Assembly (NCBI GenBank): GCA_051599415.1
Contig: AP039693.1
Location: 1 to 64,000 of the forward strand
Direction of reading: 5' to 3'
Origin: Savitreella phatthalungensis
Lineage: Eukaryota
DNA length: 64,000 nt
Numbering within the stretch: position 1 is the stretch's first letter; each line of letters begins with the position of its first letter. The notes beneath the pieces are model-generated. The model had not been told where the DNA came from. It made no database searches and was given only the letters and a program-made list of their open reading frames with translations. Positions 40,796-52,857 of the stretch are shown in pieces. The position numbers and the translations under genes are program-made.

Positions 40796-41728
40796 CTAAT
40801 TACCTACTTCAGTCTCGTAGGAATAGGTTGCAGCGAGGCGGTTGCGCAGGTGAGCACCCGCCGTAATCCTCGATACTGGTACGGTGCTGGCTGCGGGAAG
40901 TTCGTCGATAGCTTCGAGTATTGTATCGTCATCCGGGTGCGCGAAGTATGCGATGCTGTAGCGATCACCCGTATATGTAGCGGTGACGCGGTGCATTGTG
41001 CTGCGAAGCACGCCAGATGTCCACAGCTGCAGCTGATCGGCGATATTTACGAGGATTGGCAGTTCACCTCGCGAGTCTGCTGCTGGTGGAGGTACGGGAG
41101 ACCAGCTTTGAGCGCTTGTGGCGATCTCAAGGCCTGACTGTCCAGGTTTCTGAAACAGGAGCGTCATCGAGCCATAGTCTGTATGCGCTCCAGCTCGAGC
41201 CTCACCATCTCGAAGTTCATGCTTCAACTCAGGATAGTATAGAAGACGAAGGGTCGTGCCCGACAGCCGTTCAGCATTGTGGCGACGGGAGAAAAAGTCG
41301 ACGTCGTTGAGTTCGAGTCCAATTGCGAATAGTCGGCACAGGCGTTGCACAATATCTGCGCAGCCTTGTTTGAAGGCCGTTAGGTCACTGTCTTTTTCCC
41401 GAAGCAGTTGAGGTACGGGCCTTGCTGATTCCCGCTCAACATCAAGATTGAAGGCTTCCTTCTGATCAGCTCCGACCTGCTTCTCGGGATCGAGCGTCTC
41501 GCTTCCGATACAGGACCATCCTCGATTATCCGGACCGATGGCGTATTTGCGCTTCTCGTCCTCTGGTAAAGCAAAGAGATCACGCGAAATTATCCAAACA
41601 CGCTCGAGCAATTCTCGCGAAATTCCGTGACCTGTGATGTAGATGAAGCCTAATGATTTTGCAGCCTGTACGACCTGCGCTGCCGTATGTGCATCTGACT
41701 CAGAGATATCCACTGTTTTGAGATCCAT
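40796..41728 (-). CDS. 2-oxoglutarate/Fe(II)-dependent dioxygenase (IPNS/DIOX family)
   Basis: GFIYITGHG, NRGW, RAGAHTDYGSMTLLFQ (HxD), STMHRV and RYSIAYF (RxS). Confidence 0.93.
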   Translation of the reverse strand: MDLKTVDISESDAHTAAQVVQAAKSLGFIYITGHGISRELLERVWIISRDLFALPEDEKRKYAIGPDNRGWSCIGSETLDPEKQVGADQKEAFNLDVERESARPVPQLLREKDSDLTAFKQGCADIVQRLCRLFAIGLELNDVDFFSRRHNAERLSGTTLRLLYYPELKHELRDGEARAGAHTDYGSMTLLFQKPGQSGLEIATSAQSWSPVPPPAADSRGELPILVNIADQLQLWTSGVLRSTMHRVTATYTGDRYSIAYFAHPDDDTILEAIDELPAASTVPVSRITAGAHLRNRLAATYSYETEVGN

Positions 41729-42924
41729 GATTCTTCCCTCGCAAAGAAGCGAGACGATTGGAGTGACGAATGTATGCGGCGCCGGGATGAAGCTGAGTAG
41801 ACGCTCCCTAAGACATGTCGAGCTGGTACATATGTGTCTCTGTAGACATACCCTCGCTTGTGATCAGAGATAACAACTCGGCCTCTGCTATATCACATGT
41901 ATGCATGACAACCAAGCTATCGATCAGTATGCTTAAGCTAAAAAAGGAAATCTAAACGAGGTTTCCATCAGGATGTTCATTCCATGATAAATCGGAGTAG
42001 TGCGAGAGTGTCAGACGCCATACGATTAGTGCAGGCACTTAGACCTAACACCATGCGACGATTGTCGAAGCCACTACTTTCAAGGTTCTCCATCTGAGCT
42101 TCTATCGTCTCCGTCATTTTGTAGCAGGTGCCCAAGACGGCAGCTCGGACCAGGCCTGCGGACTCACACAGATGCGTTTCGTCAAGATATTGCCGAATAC
42201 TGCCCTCACTCAGAAGACGGATGACTATAGATGACGATGATCCACTGTATAGACACGCATTGAGTCAGCTCCGGCCTGGATGTCAAACGTATAGACCACA
42301 TCTGTAATTGCTGCACTAGCTTGAGTCAAATTGAGAAGCCTTAAGTTGTGCATCGACCGTTCGGCAAACTGATCGATATCTTCAAACTTCGCCGCTCCTC
42401 TCAATGATCGAGTAAGCTATGGGATGTGCCTTAGAATTCGGTATAGAATCTAAGCTTGATTAATTTCAATGCATTCGACCGTTGCTACCAATGCACGTGT
42501 GTGCAAGTGTCTGTCATGCAATGTATTGTTGACCCATACTGATACAGTACATCACAGAACAACATATATGCAGGCTTTTTATTGTGTGTGGATCGATCAC
42601 GAGCACGTACTGCCTCACAGTCGAAACATATTCATAGTAGACTCCGCCTGTTGTCACGCGCTTGTCGTTCAGAATCGCTGAAAAGACATCACTCACACCG
42701 GGTCACACCTCTGTCACTGCGTCACGGCTGTATGCTTATCGACTCCTCGTGTAACCACAGAGCTTTCTTCGAGAACGCATAGCACCACATTGTTCTTTCT
42801 CCAACAGGCTTGATAAAGTCCGCGCCGATTGCGCTTTCACCAGCACAGGAAACCTCCACCTAGCTTGAGTTAGGGCGAGCCGTCCGTCCGCGAAGCTAGT
42901 CATCAGACGGCCGAACACGCCGTG

Positions 42925-44628
42925 ATGCCCCACGGTCGAAACGCAAATCAATTTCTAAGGACTTCGGAGACGACACCGCTAGTGATGCCATCCGATGTGG
43001 AAGCAGAGGCAGGCCGGAAACACGTTGGCCATGCTTCATTCTCCTCCTCCTTTATCAATCTTACGAATACAATCATCGGGGCCGGCGTCCTTGCGATGCC
43101 TCACGCGATGGCCACCCTCGGACTATTTGCGGGAACTCTGGTACTCTTATTCGCAGGACTAACCTCAGGTTTTGGACTCTATCTGTTGACGCGATGCGCT
43201 CAGTATGTCGAACCAGGCCGCGCGTCGTTTTTTAACGTCGCCAAGAAGACATACCCAGCTGCAGCCGTTGTTTTCGACTTCGCGATTGCGCTCAAGACCT
43301 TCGGCGTTGCAGTCTCTTACCTGATCATCATTTCCAATTTGACACCTTTGATCGTCGCTGCTGTCTTGCCCTCCGCTGGGGACCGACTATATCTTATCGA
43401 TCGACGCTTCTGGCTGACGGTCTTTATGGTCATCATCGTGCCACTAAGTTTTTTACGAAAGCTCGACTCCCTAAGATACACCTCGGTCGTATCGCTGTTC
43501 GCCATCGGTTATCTTGTCATTCTCGTTGTTGGACACTTTTTCCTTGGCGATACATCCGCTCAACGAGGTTCAATTGAGATTTTCGAGTGGCTAGGCTGGG
43601 TAAAGTTCCTCTCAAGTCTCCCGGTCTTCGTCTTCGCGTTCACCTGTCACCAGAATATCTTTGCTATTGTCAACGAGATTCGCGACGCATCGCAACGCAA
43701 TGTTTCCGCAGTTGTTGCCACTTCGATCGGTGGCTCCACGATGGTGTACCTTCTGGTCGCAATCACAGGCTACCTGAGCTTCGGCGATAACGTCAACGGT
43801 AATATCGTTTCAATGTATCCTAATAGCCCGACCGCGAATATCGGTCGCTTTGCGATCGTCGTGCTCATTCTCTTCAGCTATCCTCTTCAGGCACATCCAT
43901 GCAGGGCTTCGATTGACAAGATCATCGTCTCTCTCGAGCAGGCCTTTGGTCGTTCCGAAGAGGAGCTATCAATGGAGCGCGACAGCAATGGCGCTTTGGT
44001 TCCGAAAGAGATGTCAGAAAAACGGTGGGTGGTCATCACGACGGTCATTCTTGTCGCCACATATCTGGTTGCTCTCACTGTTTCGTCACTTGAGCTCGTG
44101 CTTTCTTACGTTGGTGCTACAGGCTCCACTGCTATCTCATTCATCCTTCCAGGCGTCTTCTACTGGCGAATCGCAGTGGAGAACCACTGGGACGAAGCCG
44201 CTGCTGCTGACGCTAGTGATATGGACGATGACAGTAGTGATGACGAAGCACAGCTCGGTAGATCTGCAGTCCAGGGGAGGAAGCTCGGTTATGGAAGAGT
44301 CGCCAGTGCTGAGCCAGCTGCGCGTCAGGCGTCAAGCTCGCGCGTCGGCGGACCGCGACGTACCCCGCCTGCGTCCGGGGTGAGCAGCCTGCATCGTCGC
44401 GTCACTGCATCAGAGCGAATTGCCTCTATGTATATGACCTTGAGGCGAAAACGCGGACTGATCACTCGTTACGCTGCGGGCGCCCTGGCGCTGTATGGAT
44501 GTGCATTCATGGTCATCTGTTTGACACTCAACATTGTGAATTCTGTGCACCGCAGTAGACCGCCTTCTACAACAGCTTCTGCAGCAATGGCGTCCGCAGC
44601 TGCTTACGCGGCCGGCGCAATTCACTAG
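42925..44628 (+). CDS. AAAP/Aa_trans vacuolar amino acid transporter, Avt5/6-like
   Basis: NLTNTIIGAGVLAMP, FDFAIALKTFGVAVSYL, LDSLRYTS, VFAFTCHQN, SYPLQAHPCR and GSTAISFILPG. Confidence 0.93.
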   Translation: MPHGRNANQFLRTSETTPLVMPSDVEAEAGRKHVGHASFSSSFINLTNTIIGAGVLAMPHAMATLGLFAGTLVLLFAGLTSGFGLYLLTRCAQYVEPGRASFFNVAKKTYPAAAVVFDFAIALKTFGVAVSYLIIISNLTPLIVAAVLPSAGDRLYLIDRRFWLTVFMVIIVPLSFLRKLDSLRYTSVVSLFAIGYLVILVVGHFFLGDTSAQRGSIEIFEWLGWVKFLSSLPVFVFAFTCHQNIFAIVNEIRDASQRNVSAVVATSIGGSTMVYLLVAITGYLSFGDNVNGNIVSMYPNSPTANIGRFAIVVLILFSYPLQAHPCRASIDKIIVSLEQAFGRSEEELSMERDSNGALVPKEMSEKRWVVITTVILVATYLVALTVSSLELVLSYVGATGSTAISFILPGVFYWRIAVENHWDEAAAADASDMDDDSSDDEAQLGRSAVQGRKLGYGRVASAEPAARQASSSRVGGPRRTPPASGVSSLHRRVTASERIASMYMTLRRKRGLITRYAAGALALYGCAFMVICLTLNIVNSVHRSRPPSTTASAAMASAAAYAAGAIH

Positions 44629-44771
44629 GAATATCCGGGGAAAACACGACTCCTCTGACGACGTGAGATAAAATGTCAAAGCGTCTTCCCTATCGTAAAA
44701 TCGTTACGCATGGCTAGCTATGGATAGAAATTTATGGATGGACTCCTTGCGCTGCTGAGCTTTAAGCATCA

Positions 44772-46607
44772 TCAATTGTCAAGGTTCACCTGGAACCTCG
44801 TACGGAGACGTTCGCCGTACCGCATGATGATGAAGGGCATAGGCATGAGCAGAACGGCGGCGAATCCCAGAATCGAAGTGCCCCAGCCATAGCCAATGGC
44901 ATCATACATGTATGGTACCCAGAGGGGAAAGACGGCGCCCACGACAGCTCGGAAGATGGAGCCTGCAGCGATCGCAGAGGCAGCATATCTGGCAAATCCA
45001 TCGATGAAGTAATTCTGAATGGTTTGAAAGAGCAAGACGAGGCCGGCGCCGAAGAAGAAGGCACCAATCAACGGCACCAGCCAAAAGTTTTGCTTCTCGA
45101 CTGACCATCCATACCAAAAGAGGCCCATGGGCACAAACACTGCGCCGACGTAGCCAACGGGCATGCGAAACTCGGGCTTTCCTTGCTTATCTGGCTGTCG
45201 GTCTGCCAGGCGCTCGTAGTTCTTTTGAATCTGGGGGACGCCAAGGGTGACTGCTAGAAGGAAGCCAATTCCCGGCGCGAGGTAAACCAGACCTACGATG
45301 CCTTCATTGAAGCCGTACGTCTGCCTGAATACTGTTGGGAAAGTGGTGAACATGGCATACAGCGTGCCATAGATCAGAGCCATATATGAGGCCATGATGA
45401 AAACGATAGGCTGCAGGAAAAGAATCTTCATTGGTCTCTTCACTGCGAGCCAGAGGCGGAGCCGAAGAGAGCGCATATCGTGATCGGCGGCGATGCAAGG
45501 GTGATCAAGCTCTTTCTCCATCTGTTTAGCACGCTGGTCGAGCAGGATCGGTGCATAAGTCTCGCGCAGGAAGAGTATAGCGACCACAGAATTGACACTG
45601 GCCATGATCAGCATGATCCAGAACGTCCAACGCCAACCGGCACCCTGGACTGTGAAGCCGCCGATGAGAGGTGCTATAGCAGGTCCAAGCAGAATGCCGA
45701 GCACGTATTTGCCTACAACGGGCGCTCGCTCTCGCGGACCAAACATGTCGCCGATCGTCCCCGCGCCACAAGCGATGCCCGCCGAGCCAAAGATTCCCGA
45801 GAACAATCGAAAGACGATCAGCATCGAGACGTTGACCGCGAGCGCACAGGGAATTTGACAGAGGACAAAGATTGGAAAGCACACGCAGTAGATCGGTCGG
45901 CGTCCAAAGGTTTCCGAAAGCGGAGCCAAGATCATCGGTCCGACACCAAATCCAATCACGAAGATTGACACAGTCAATGCCGCGATGATGGTGGATGTGT
46001 CGAAGTCTCTTTCGATGTTGGGCAAGCCGGGAGACATGATGGAGGAAGACATCGGGCACAGCAGCGCCATGAGCGAGACTACAGTGACGTTGATCATCTT
46101 GCGTCGGCGAGGCCAGTTCTTCGGATTCTCAGGATCCTGGCCACCGGCCTCCCATCCAATGACGAATCTTCCTTGCTCGTCCTTAGCACGCACCGAGGTC
46201 GGAGTTCTCGTGAGCTGCCTCGTGAGGGGATCAAGCTCGAGTCGTTCATCATTGTCATGAGTGTGTTCATGATCGTGTTCATGGTCGTCATGCCTGGACA
46301 TGCTATGTGGATAATCATGCAGGAGACCTGATTGATAGCGGCGAGGCCGATTCTGGATCGGACCGCGCTCAAGATCTGGTTGCACCGTCTTCTCGAGGTC
46401 ATTTGCCCGCTCGTTGGAAGGTGTTGTTTGCGTCGATAATACCTGGCCTTCTATTGCAGTGGTTGCCCGCGAGTCCTGGCGGAAACGATTGGCCATATCA
46501 GGCTGAGCGCTATGTACGCTCTGAGTTTCTGTCCGTGGCGCGGAAAAGGCAAGAGCAGATGACGGATCTTCCGGCATGCTGCCATCCGGATTGCGTGGTT
46601 CAGACAT
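44772..46607 (-). CDS. MFS DHA1-family drug:H+ antiporter
   Basis: DPENPKNW, APLSETFGRRP, WRWTFW, ETYAPILL, PEFR and YAASAIA; 12-TM pattern. Confidence 0.95.
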   Translation of the reverse strand: MSEPRNPDGSMPEDPSSALAFSAPRTETQSVHSAQPDMANRFRQDSRATTAIEGQVLSTQTTPSNERANDLEKTVQPDLERGPIQNRPRRYQSGLLHDYPHSMSRHDDHEHDHEHTHDNDERLELDPLTRQLTRTPTSVRAKDEQGRFVIGWEAGGQDPENPKNWPRRRKMINVTVVSLMALLCPMSSSIMSPGLPNIERDFDTSTIIAALTVSIFVIGFGVGPMILAPLSETFGRRPIYCVCFPIFVLCQIPCALAVNVSMLIVFRLFSGIFGSAGIACGAGTIGDMFGPRERAPVVGKYVLGILLGPAIAPLIGGFTVQGAGWRWTFWIMLIMASVNSVVAILFLRETYAPILLDQRAKQMEKELDHPCIAADHDMRSLRLRLWLAVKRPMKILFLQPIVFIMASYMALIYGTLYAMFTTFPTVFRQTYGFNEGIVGLVYLAPGIGFLLAVTLGVPQIQKNYERLADRQPDKQGKPEFRMPVGYVGAVFVPMGLFWYGWSVEKQNFWLVPLIGAFFFGAGLVLLFQTIQNYFIDGFARYAASAIAAGSIFRAVVGAVFPLWVPYMYDAIGYGWGTSILGFAAVLLMPMPFIIMRYGERLRTRFQVNLDN

Positions 46608-47286
46608 GACCTCCCCACGCTCTCTAGACGACGTTTGCCGTTGAGCAAAAAAGCCTCAGACACTGTAGTCAGAGACGGGGAAGCGATAGATCATGCAATT
46701 TTGGTGGGCTCCGCAACCCGTTGAGCGATGACCGATATACCGCGCAGAGGAACGTTCAAAATTGTTCTCTTGGCGTGATGTATGAGTGGAGTCACCTGAA
46801 TAGCTGAGAGGGAGACGCGCTTGGGAACGATTACGAAGAACAGAGCGCGCCCTGCAGAGGTCTGGTCAACGTCGCACGATCCTGGCGCATCCCGGCGTTG
46901 CGCTACAGAAATTTTGATTGCTGGTCAGAGTAATAATTGCCGATGTTGAAGGGGCTAGCGAGCCAATAGCAGCTACTCTTTCTTTCGCCACTATTCACTC
47001 AGGCTACACCAGATACAGAACGCAGAATCGGTTGTCGCCGAAATAGGATCGTATTGTGCATCCGACATGACAGCTCAGCACGTGTTACTTGTCTATAAAG
47101 CACGCGGATCATGCTTCCTGCAATGTTCGCTTGAAACGAAATGACACGAGGCGCACATTATGAACACGCATTGAGGTTGGGCTATACATAAATTCGAGCT
47201 ACGGCGATGAAGACTGGTATGCCGGTCTTGCGAGGACGTGGTCCTTCACAAGGTCGAGCTCTTCAGTGTGATGCATGGTCGATGCA

Positions 47287-48342
<1,056 letters not shown>

Positions 48343-49602
48343 ACTGAAGTCTGTAAATGTGTTCTAAGTATGAAGGTTGATACAACCCTTGAATATGTAG
48401 ATTTGGAGCGCAGCGTCGTGGCGGTTGGGGACGCGCGGCAAGTGGACACAGTGTGTGGTCAGAGTGTGTGTGGTTGCGCAGAGTGCAGTCGGAGGTTGTT
48501 GGCGGTGTTAGTGGTGATGGTGACGGTGTCGCAGGTGTACGTACGCAGGTTTCCATCAGATTCACGGCGAATGGACTGCGACAGTTCGTGGCTGTAATAC
48601 TAATTTACTTACGATACGGTGTGGGATATGGTGGGTCAAATTCAGCTGGAAACCGAGCTTTAATGGTGATGAGACTCTTGGCTCTTTATTGTTCACTATA
48701 ATAGCACTAAAAGGACTTGATCGGATTCTGGCACGTATCAGATTACATTTCACTTTGATCGATCCCTGCGTCATTATAGATCATCGAATTCTGACCTATT
48801 CTATTTTTGCGGAGGATTGTTCTTCAAGAGAATGTAGCGGGACCTATTTATTCTAAGCCTGAGCAAGTCTAGCAATGCATGGCGCGATCCTACTGATCGC
48901 AGTATATGCGACATAGATATCTGGATTTATTTGTATTTCACCAAGCAGTATGTATGATCAAGCTACAGTCTTTCTACGCTTCCTGAAAAGTCGTATTGCG
49001 AATTGGAAAGTTCTAGCTTATCCATGATCACGGTGTAAAATGTCAGCTACACAAGCCGCCATCGATGAATCCAGATGTCGTATCTTTCAACTCAATTTTG
49101 GTGATCGTGCGCGGGATGTTTCATCTCGAGGCGCAGCTACAAGAACACGTGCAATATTCTTGGCACTTGGATGTGTTCTCGCTTGGATCGGACGCCAAGG
49201 TCTTCTTCCACGAGTGGAGAAAGGACACATCAGCCTAACGTGTATCAGAGAGTCCAGTATATCGAGCTGTGTGCTCGATCATGCGTCGCCGATGCCACAT
49301 AGCGAGGCTCGAATCACATGGCATTTGCTGCATCATGTTAAAGATCAACTGAGCGCTCTGACTGAGACGTCGGGCCATAATAGACATTTGAGCTCAACCA
49401 TGTCCAGTATACTGGCATTCGCGCAGACTTTGTATTGTAATCTATTCGATCGTTGTGCCGATCATCGTGTATCACGTGGAATGACCAGCTTCTATCTTCT
49501 CAGGTGGCGTTGTCATGAAGACTATCGTGCTTTCGCGAACGCAACCTCGCCGCCCGTTCAAGGCCTTTCATTGTCCACAAGTGAGCTTCTCCAGAGCGCC
49601 TG

Positions 49603-50355
49603 CTACGCGACGCAGGATTTCGAGCTGATTTTAGCTGCAGACGATGCTGTGATCTCTAGTCCAGCGGCCGCTAGAAGACTAGCTGCAAGCTGATCAGTCG
49701 AACCAGTTATTCGCTCAGAAACTGCAAGTATTTCACTCCACAACGAAGCCCCTCTCAATCGACTCAATTGTGACTTGAGGTCAACCATGTCCTTCTCAAA
49801 CCTCTCCAAGGCGCCGAGACTTTTTCCGCGTTTATCGGCCTTCGTCATTACGATCTGGAAAGGAGCGCCTGCGTTTGCAAGGTGGCGAATCAATGCTTCA
49901 TCCGAGCTCTTGATACCATGTGACGCCTCAATCAGAACGAAAGTCCGTCTGACACATGGACGTTCTCTGATGAAGTGCATGATGAGCTCACCCCATTCCT
50001 CTTGAGACTTGAATCCGTATCCAGGAGTGTCCACTAAAGTCAGCTTGCCTCCCATGACGCTGTAGCCTTGAAGGTAGCGCGTGTATCCCGGACGAGCGGA
50101 GGTCCTCACGAGTTTCATTTTCGAGGTTCCCATCAGTGCATTGAGCAACGAAGATTTGCCGACATTTGAGCGTCCAAGGAATGCCAGCTCTGGCGTATCA
50201 GTCGGAATTGCCTGAAGCTGCTGTATACTTGTAGCCGTCCAGCCGTGCTTACAATTACGTCGCAGCGCATTGGCAGCAGAGCGAGCAGCTGCGCCGGGCG
50301 GTACAGAGACGCCATTCCATCGCAATGCAGGCAATGTGAGCGCCAATTTGCTCAT
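49603..50355 (-). CDS. EngB/YihA-family GTPase (Mrx8/GTPBP8-like)
   Basis: PELAFLGRSNVGKSSLLNAL (G1), PGYT (G2), DTPGYG (G3) and TKAD (G4). Confidence 0.92.
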   Translation of the reverse strand: MSKLALTLPALRWNGVSVPPGAAARSAANALRRNCKHGWTATSIQQLQAIPTDTPELAFLGRSNVGKSSLLNALMGTSKMKLVRTSARPGYTRYLQGYSVMGGKLTLVDTPGYGFKSQEEWGELIMHFIRERPCVRRTFVLIEASHGIKSSDEALIRHLANAGAPFQIVMTKADKRGKSLGALERFEKDMVDLKSQLSRLRGASLWSEILAVSERITGSTDQLAASLLAAAGLEITASSAAKISSKSCVA

Positions 50356-50601
50356 AGGAACATTCTGCAATCTCTTGTGACGGGGTTGCTCAGCCCAATC
50401 AAGTGCGGGCCGCTTCTGAGCTGGAGTGGAGGGCTGTCAAGTATGTTAATAGGTCTTTAGTCCAAGACTCCCAGGAGTTTACTCCAATAGTGCCTACAGG
50501 TGTCCAGCTGGAGTCAATAATGCAGGACGCTGTGCCTACCGGCTCCACATTTGTGGCCGGCTTAAGACTACATGACATGACACCAGGAGCTTTCCTGCCG
50601 C

Positions 50602-52188
50602 ATGAGAGCCACTAGCGCGAGGCAACTAGCGAAGTATGCTACCTCTTCTCTCCATGCATCATCTTCGGACCGTGCTTGGTACATTACGGTCGGGCTCGAA
50701 ATACATGCGCAGCTCGACACGCCTGGGAAGCTTTTCTCCGATGCACCTAACCGCTTTGCCGGTCCACTGAACGAGGATTTGAAACCATTCGACCTCTCGC
50801 TTCCAGGCAGTCAGCCTGTGGTCAATAACGCCGCTGTCATTCTGGCTCTACGTGCCGCCCTCGCGCTGAACTGCACTATCAACCGCACATCTAGATTCGA
50901 TCGCAAGCACTATTTTTATCCAGATCAGCCAGCAGGATATCAGATCACCCAGCACTACTCAGCTCTCGCAGAGAACGGATGCCTGCCGCTGCGAACGCGA
51001 GAGGACACAGGTCTCGATCATGATCTCGAAGTCGGCATAGAGCAAGTACAGCTCGAACAGGACACAGGCAAGACGATGTACTTTGAAGGAGATGAAAGTC
51101 AGGCATCAGAGACCTTGATTGACCTCAACAGGACAGGTTCACCGCTGATAGAGATCGTCACCCGCCCATGTGTACCTTCAGGTCGTGCAGCGGGGGCATT
51201 GGTACGCAAGATGCAGCGACTACTGCGAAGTATTGGCGTTTCGGAGGCTCAGATGGAGGCTGGTGGGATGCGCTGTGACGTGAATGTGAGCGTCCATTTC
51301 GACGGTGAGGTCGCGAGGTTGGTAGGTCCGCAGAGGCGATGTGAGATCAAGAACCTTGCAAGTGCACGTCACGTCTCAGACGCGGTAGACGCCGAGGCTC
51401 TCCGGCAAGCTGAGGTTTTGGCGGCCGGCGGGACAATTCATCGAGAGACACGTGGCTACGACGTTGGCGCCAAACGCACTTTCCTGATCCGTTCAAAGGA
51501 AAGCGCGGTAGATTACAGGTATATGCCAGAGCCTGATTTACCTATCGTACGCATCTCCGACGCGACCTTGCAGCGCATCCAGAGAACTCTGCCAGAGCTG
51601 CCTGATGCACAGTATGAACGGCTCGTCTCGTCAGCTTACGGTCTGCAGGACAGAGATGCGCGAGTCCTTTGCGGTGATCGCCAGCTCTCCGCCTTATATG
51701 ATCGTGCGGTGGAACGCACTCTTGGGCTGGTCAAGGATGCAAAGGCTCCGCGCGTCGTGGCCAATTGGCTGCTTCATGAACTCAGCGGTCGTTCACGCAT
51801 TATTGAGGACAGCGGAGGCACGGTTCGACAGCTGAGTTCTTCCGAGCTCAGTGATCTCGTGGCTGCAGTGATGCTTAAGGATTTGACCGGAACGCAGGCT
51901 AAGCAGGTGTTGGCAGAAATGCTTGTGGCGAAAGAGTCTCAAGCGGTGACAGAAATTGCCGCGCGGTTGGGTTTCGTCACCAAGTCTACAGATACGGTGG
52001 ACGATATTATCTCGAGCCTCGTGGCGTGTCACTCAGAACAGGCAGATCGAATGACAAGAGGCGACGAGAAGCTTCAGAAGTGGTTTGTCGGTCAAGGGAT
52101 GAGATCGAGTAAGGGCCGTCATAAGATACACGATATTGATCGAGCGCTCCAGCGATGGTTACAACATGAGAGAGACGTAAAGCAATGA
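50602..52188 (+). CDS. PET112: Mitochondrial Glu-tRNA(Gln) amidotransferase subunit B
   Basis: GLEIHAQL, FDRKHYFYPDQPAGYQITQ, QLEQDTGK, RCDVNVS and DYRYMPEPDLP. Confidence 0.97.
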   Translation: MRATSARQLAKYATSSLHASSSDRAWYITVGLEIHAQLDTPGKLFSDAPNRFAGPLNEDLKPFDLSLPGSQPVVNNAAVILALRAALALNCTINRTSRFDRKHYFYPDQPAGYQITQHYSALAENGCLPLRTREDTGLDHDLEVGIEQVQLEQDTGKTMYFEGDESQASETLIDLNRTGSPLIEIVTRPCVPSGRAAGALVRKMQRLLRSIGVSEAQMEAGGMRCDVNVSVHFDGEVARLVGPQRRCEIKNLASARHVSDAVDAEALRQAEVLAAGGTIHRETRGYDVGAKRTFLIRSKESAVDYRYMPEPDLPIVRISDATLQRIQRTLPELPDAQYERLVSSAYGLQDRDARVLCGDRQLSALYDRAVERTLGLVKDAKAPRVVANWLLHELSGRSRIIEDSGGTVRQLSSSELSDLVAAVMLKDLTGTQAKQVLAEMLVAKESQAVTEIAARLGFVTKSTDTVDDIISSLVACHSEQADRMTRGDEKLQKWFVGQGMRSSKGRHKIHDIDRALQRWLQHERDVKQ

Positions 52189-52353
52189 CGATGAACCTGT
52201 ATTATGATCTATGGGTCTTTGTGACACGGATTCCGTTGTCTCTTGAGAAGTCTCTAATTTGTGCTTTCTGAGCGCGAAAACCGCATCCCGTCGGGGATGT
52301 CTGGGAGTTGTGTAATGGGTGATCGTACAGTCGATAGAATTCGAGGCACTCGT

Positions 52354-52857
52354 TTAGAGGGCGATGAACGCAACGAGACCAGCGACGGCGACACCGCCGG
52401 CGGAAGCCAGGTACTTGGTGGCGTCAGAGCGGGCAACCGAGGAGACAGCGGCACCGGCGGCGGAAGCCTGTGCTGCGAGGACCGAGGACTGCGAGGCTGC
52501 GGACGCAAGGACCGAGGCGAGGACAGCAGAGGCCTGCGAGCGGACCGAGTTGGCGCCAGCGGACTGGCCGGCGGCAAGAAGGCCGGAGGCGGAAGCGTCA
52601 GCGACAGACACGGCAGATGCAGCCGAGCGGGAAGCACGCGAGGCGACGCTGGCTGCCGAGGCACGAGCTGCCGAGATGGCAGCGGCGTTCAGTGATGCCG
52701 AGCGAGATGCTGACGAACGCGAGGAAGAAGCCGACACGGACGAGCGCGATGCGGAGGCCGACACCGAGGAGGCGGAGGCCGAGGAAGAAGCAGAGGACGA
52801 GTCCTGGGCCAGGGCAACGGCGGCGAAGGTTGCAAGGGTGAGAGTCTTGATCTGCAT
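52354..52857 (-). CDS. Small secreted Ser/Ala-rich protein, probably GPI-anchored
   Basis: Signal peptide MQIKTLTLATFAAVALA, Ser/Ala low complexity, SDA omega-like site and hydrophobic tail. Biased codon usage and a TATAA upstream. Confidence 0.85.
   Translation of the reverse strand: MQIKTLTLATFAAVALAQDSSSASSSASASSVSASASRSSVSASSSRSSASRSASLNAAAISAARASAASVASRASRSAASAVSVADASASGLLAAGQSAGANSVRSQASAVLASVLASAASQSSVLAAQASAAGAAVSSVARSDATKYLASAGGVAVAGLVAFIAL

Noticed and set aside
49040..49693. 217-aa plus-strand ORF
   Set aside because: It has no recognisable motifs, atypical composition, and overlaps the 3' end of the EngB-like gene, so it is unsupported.
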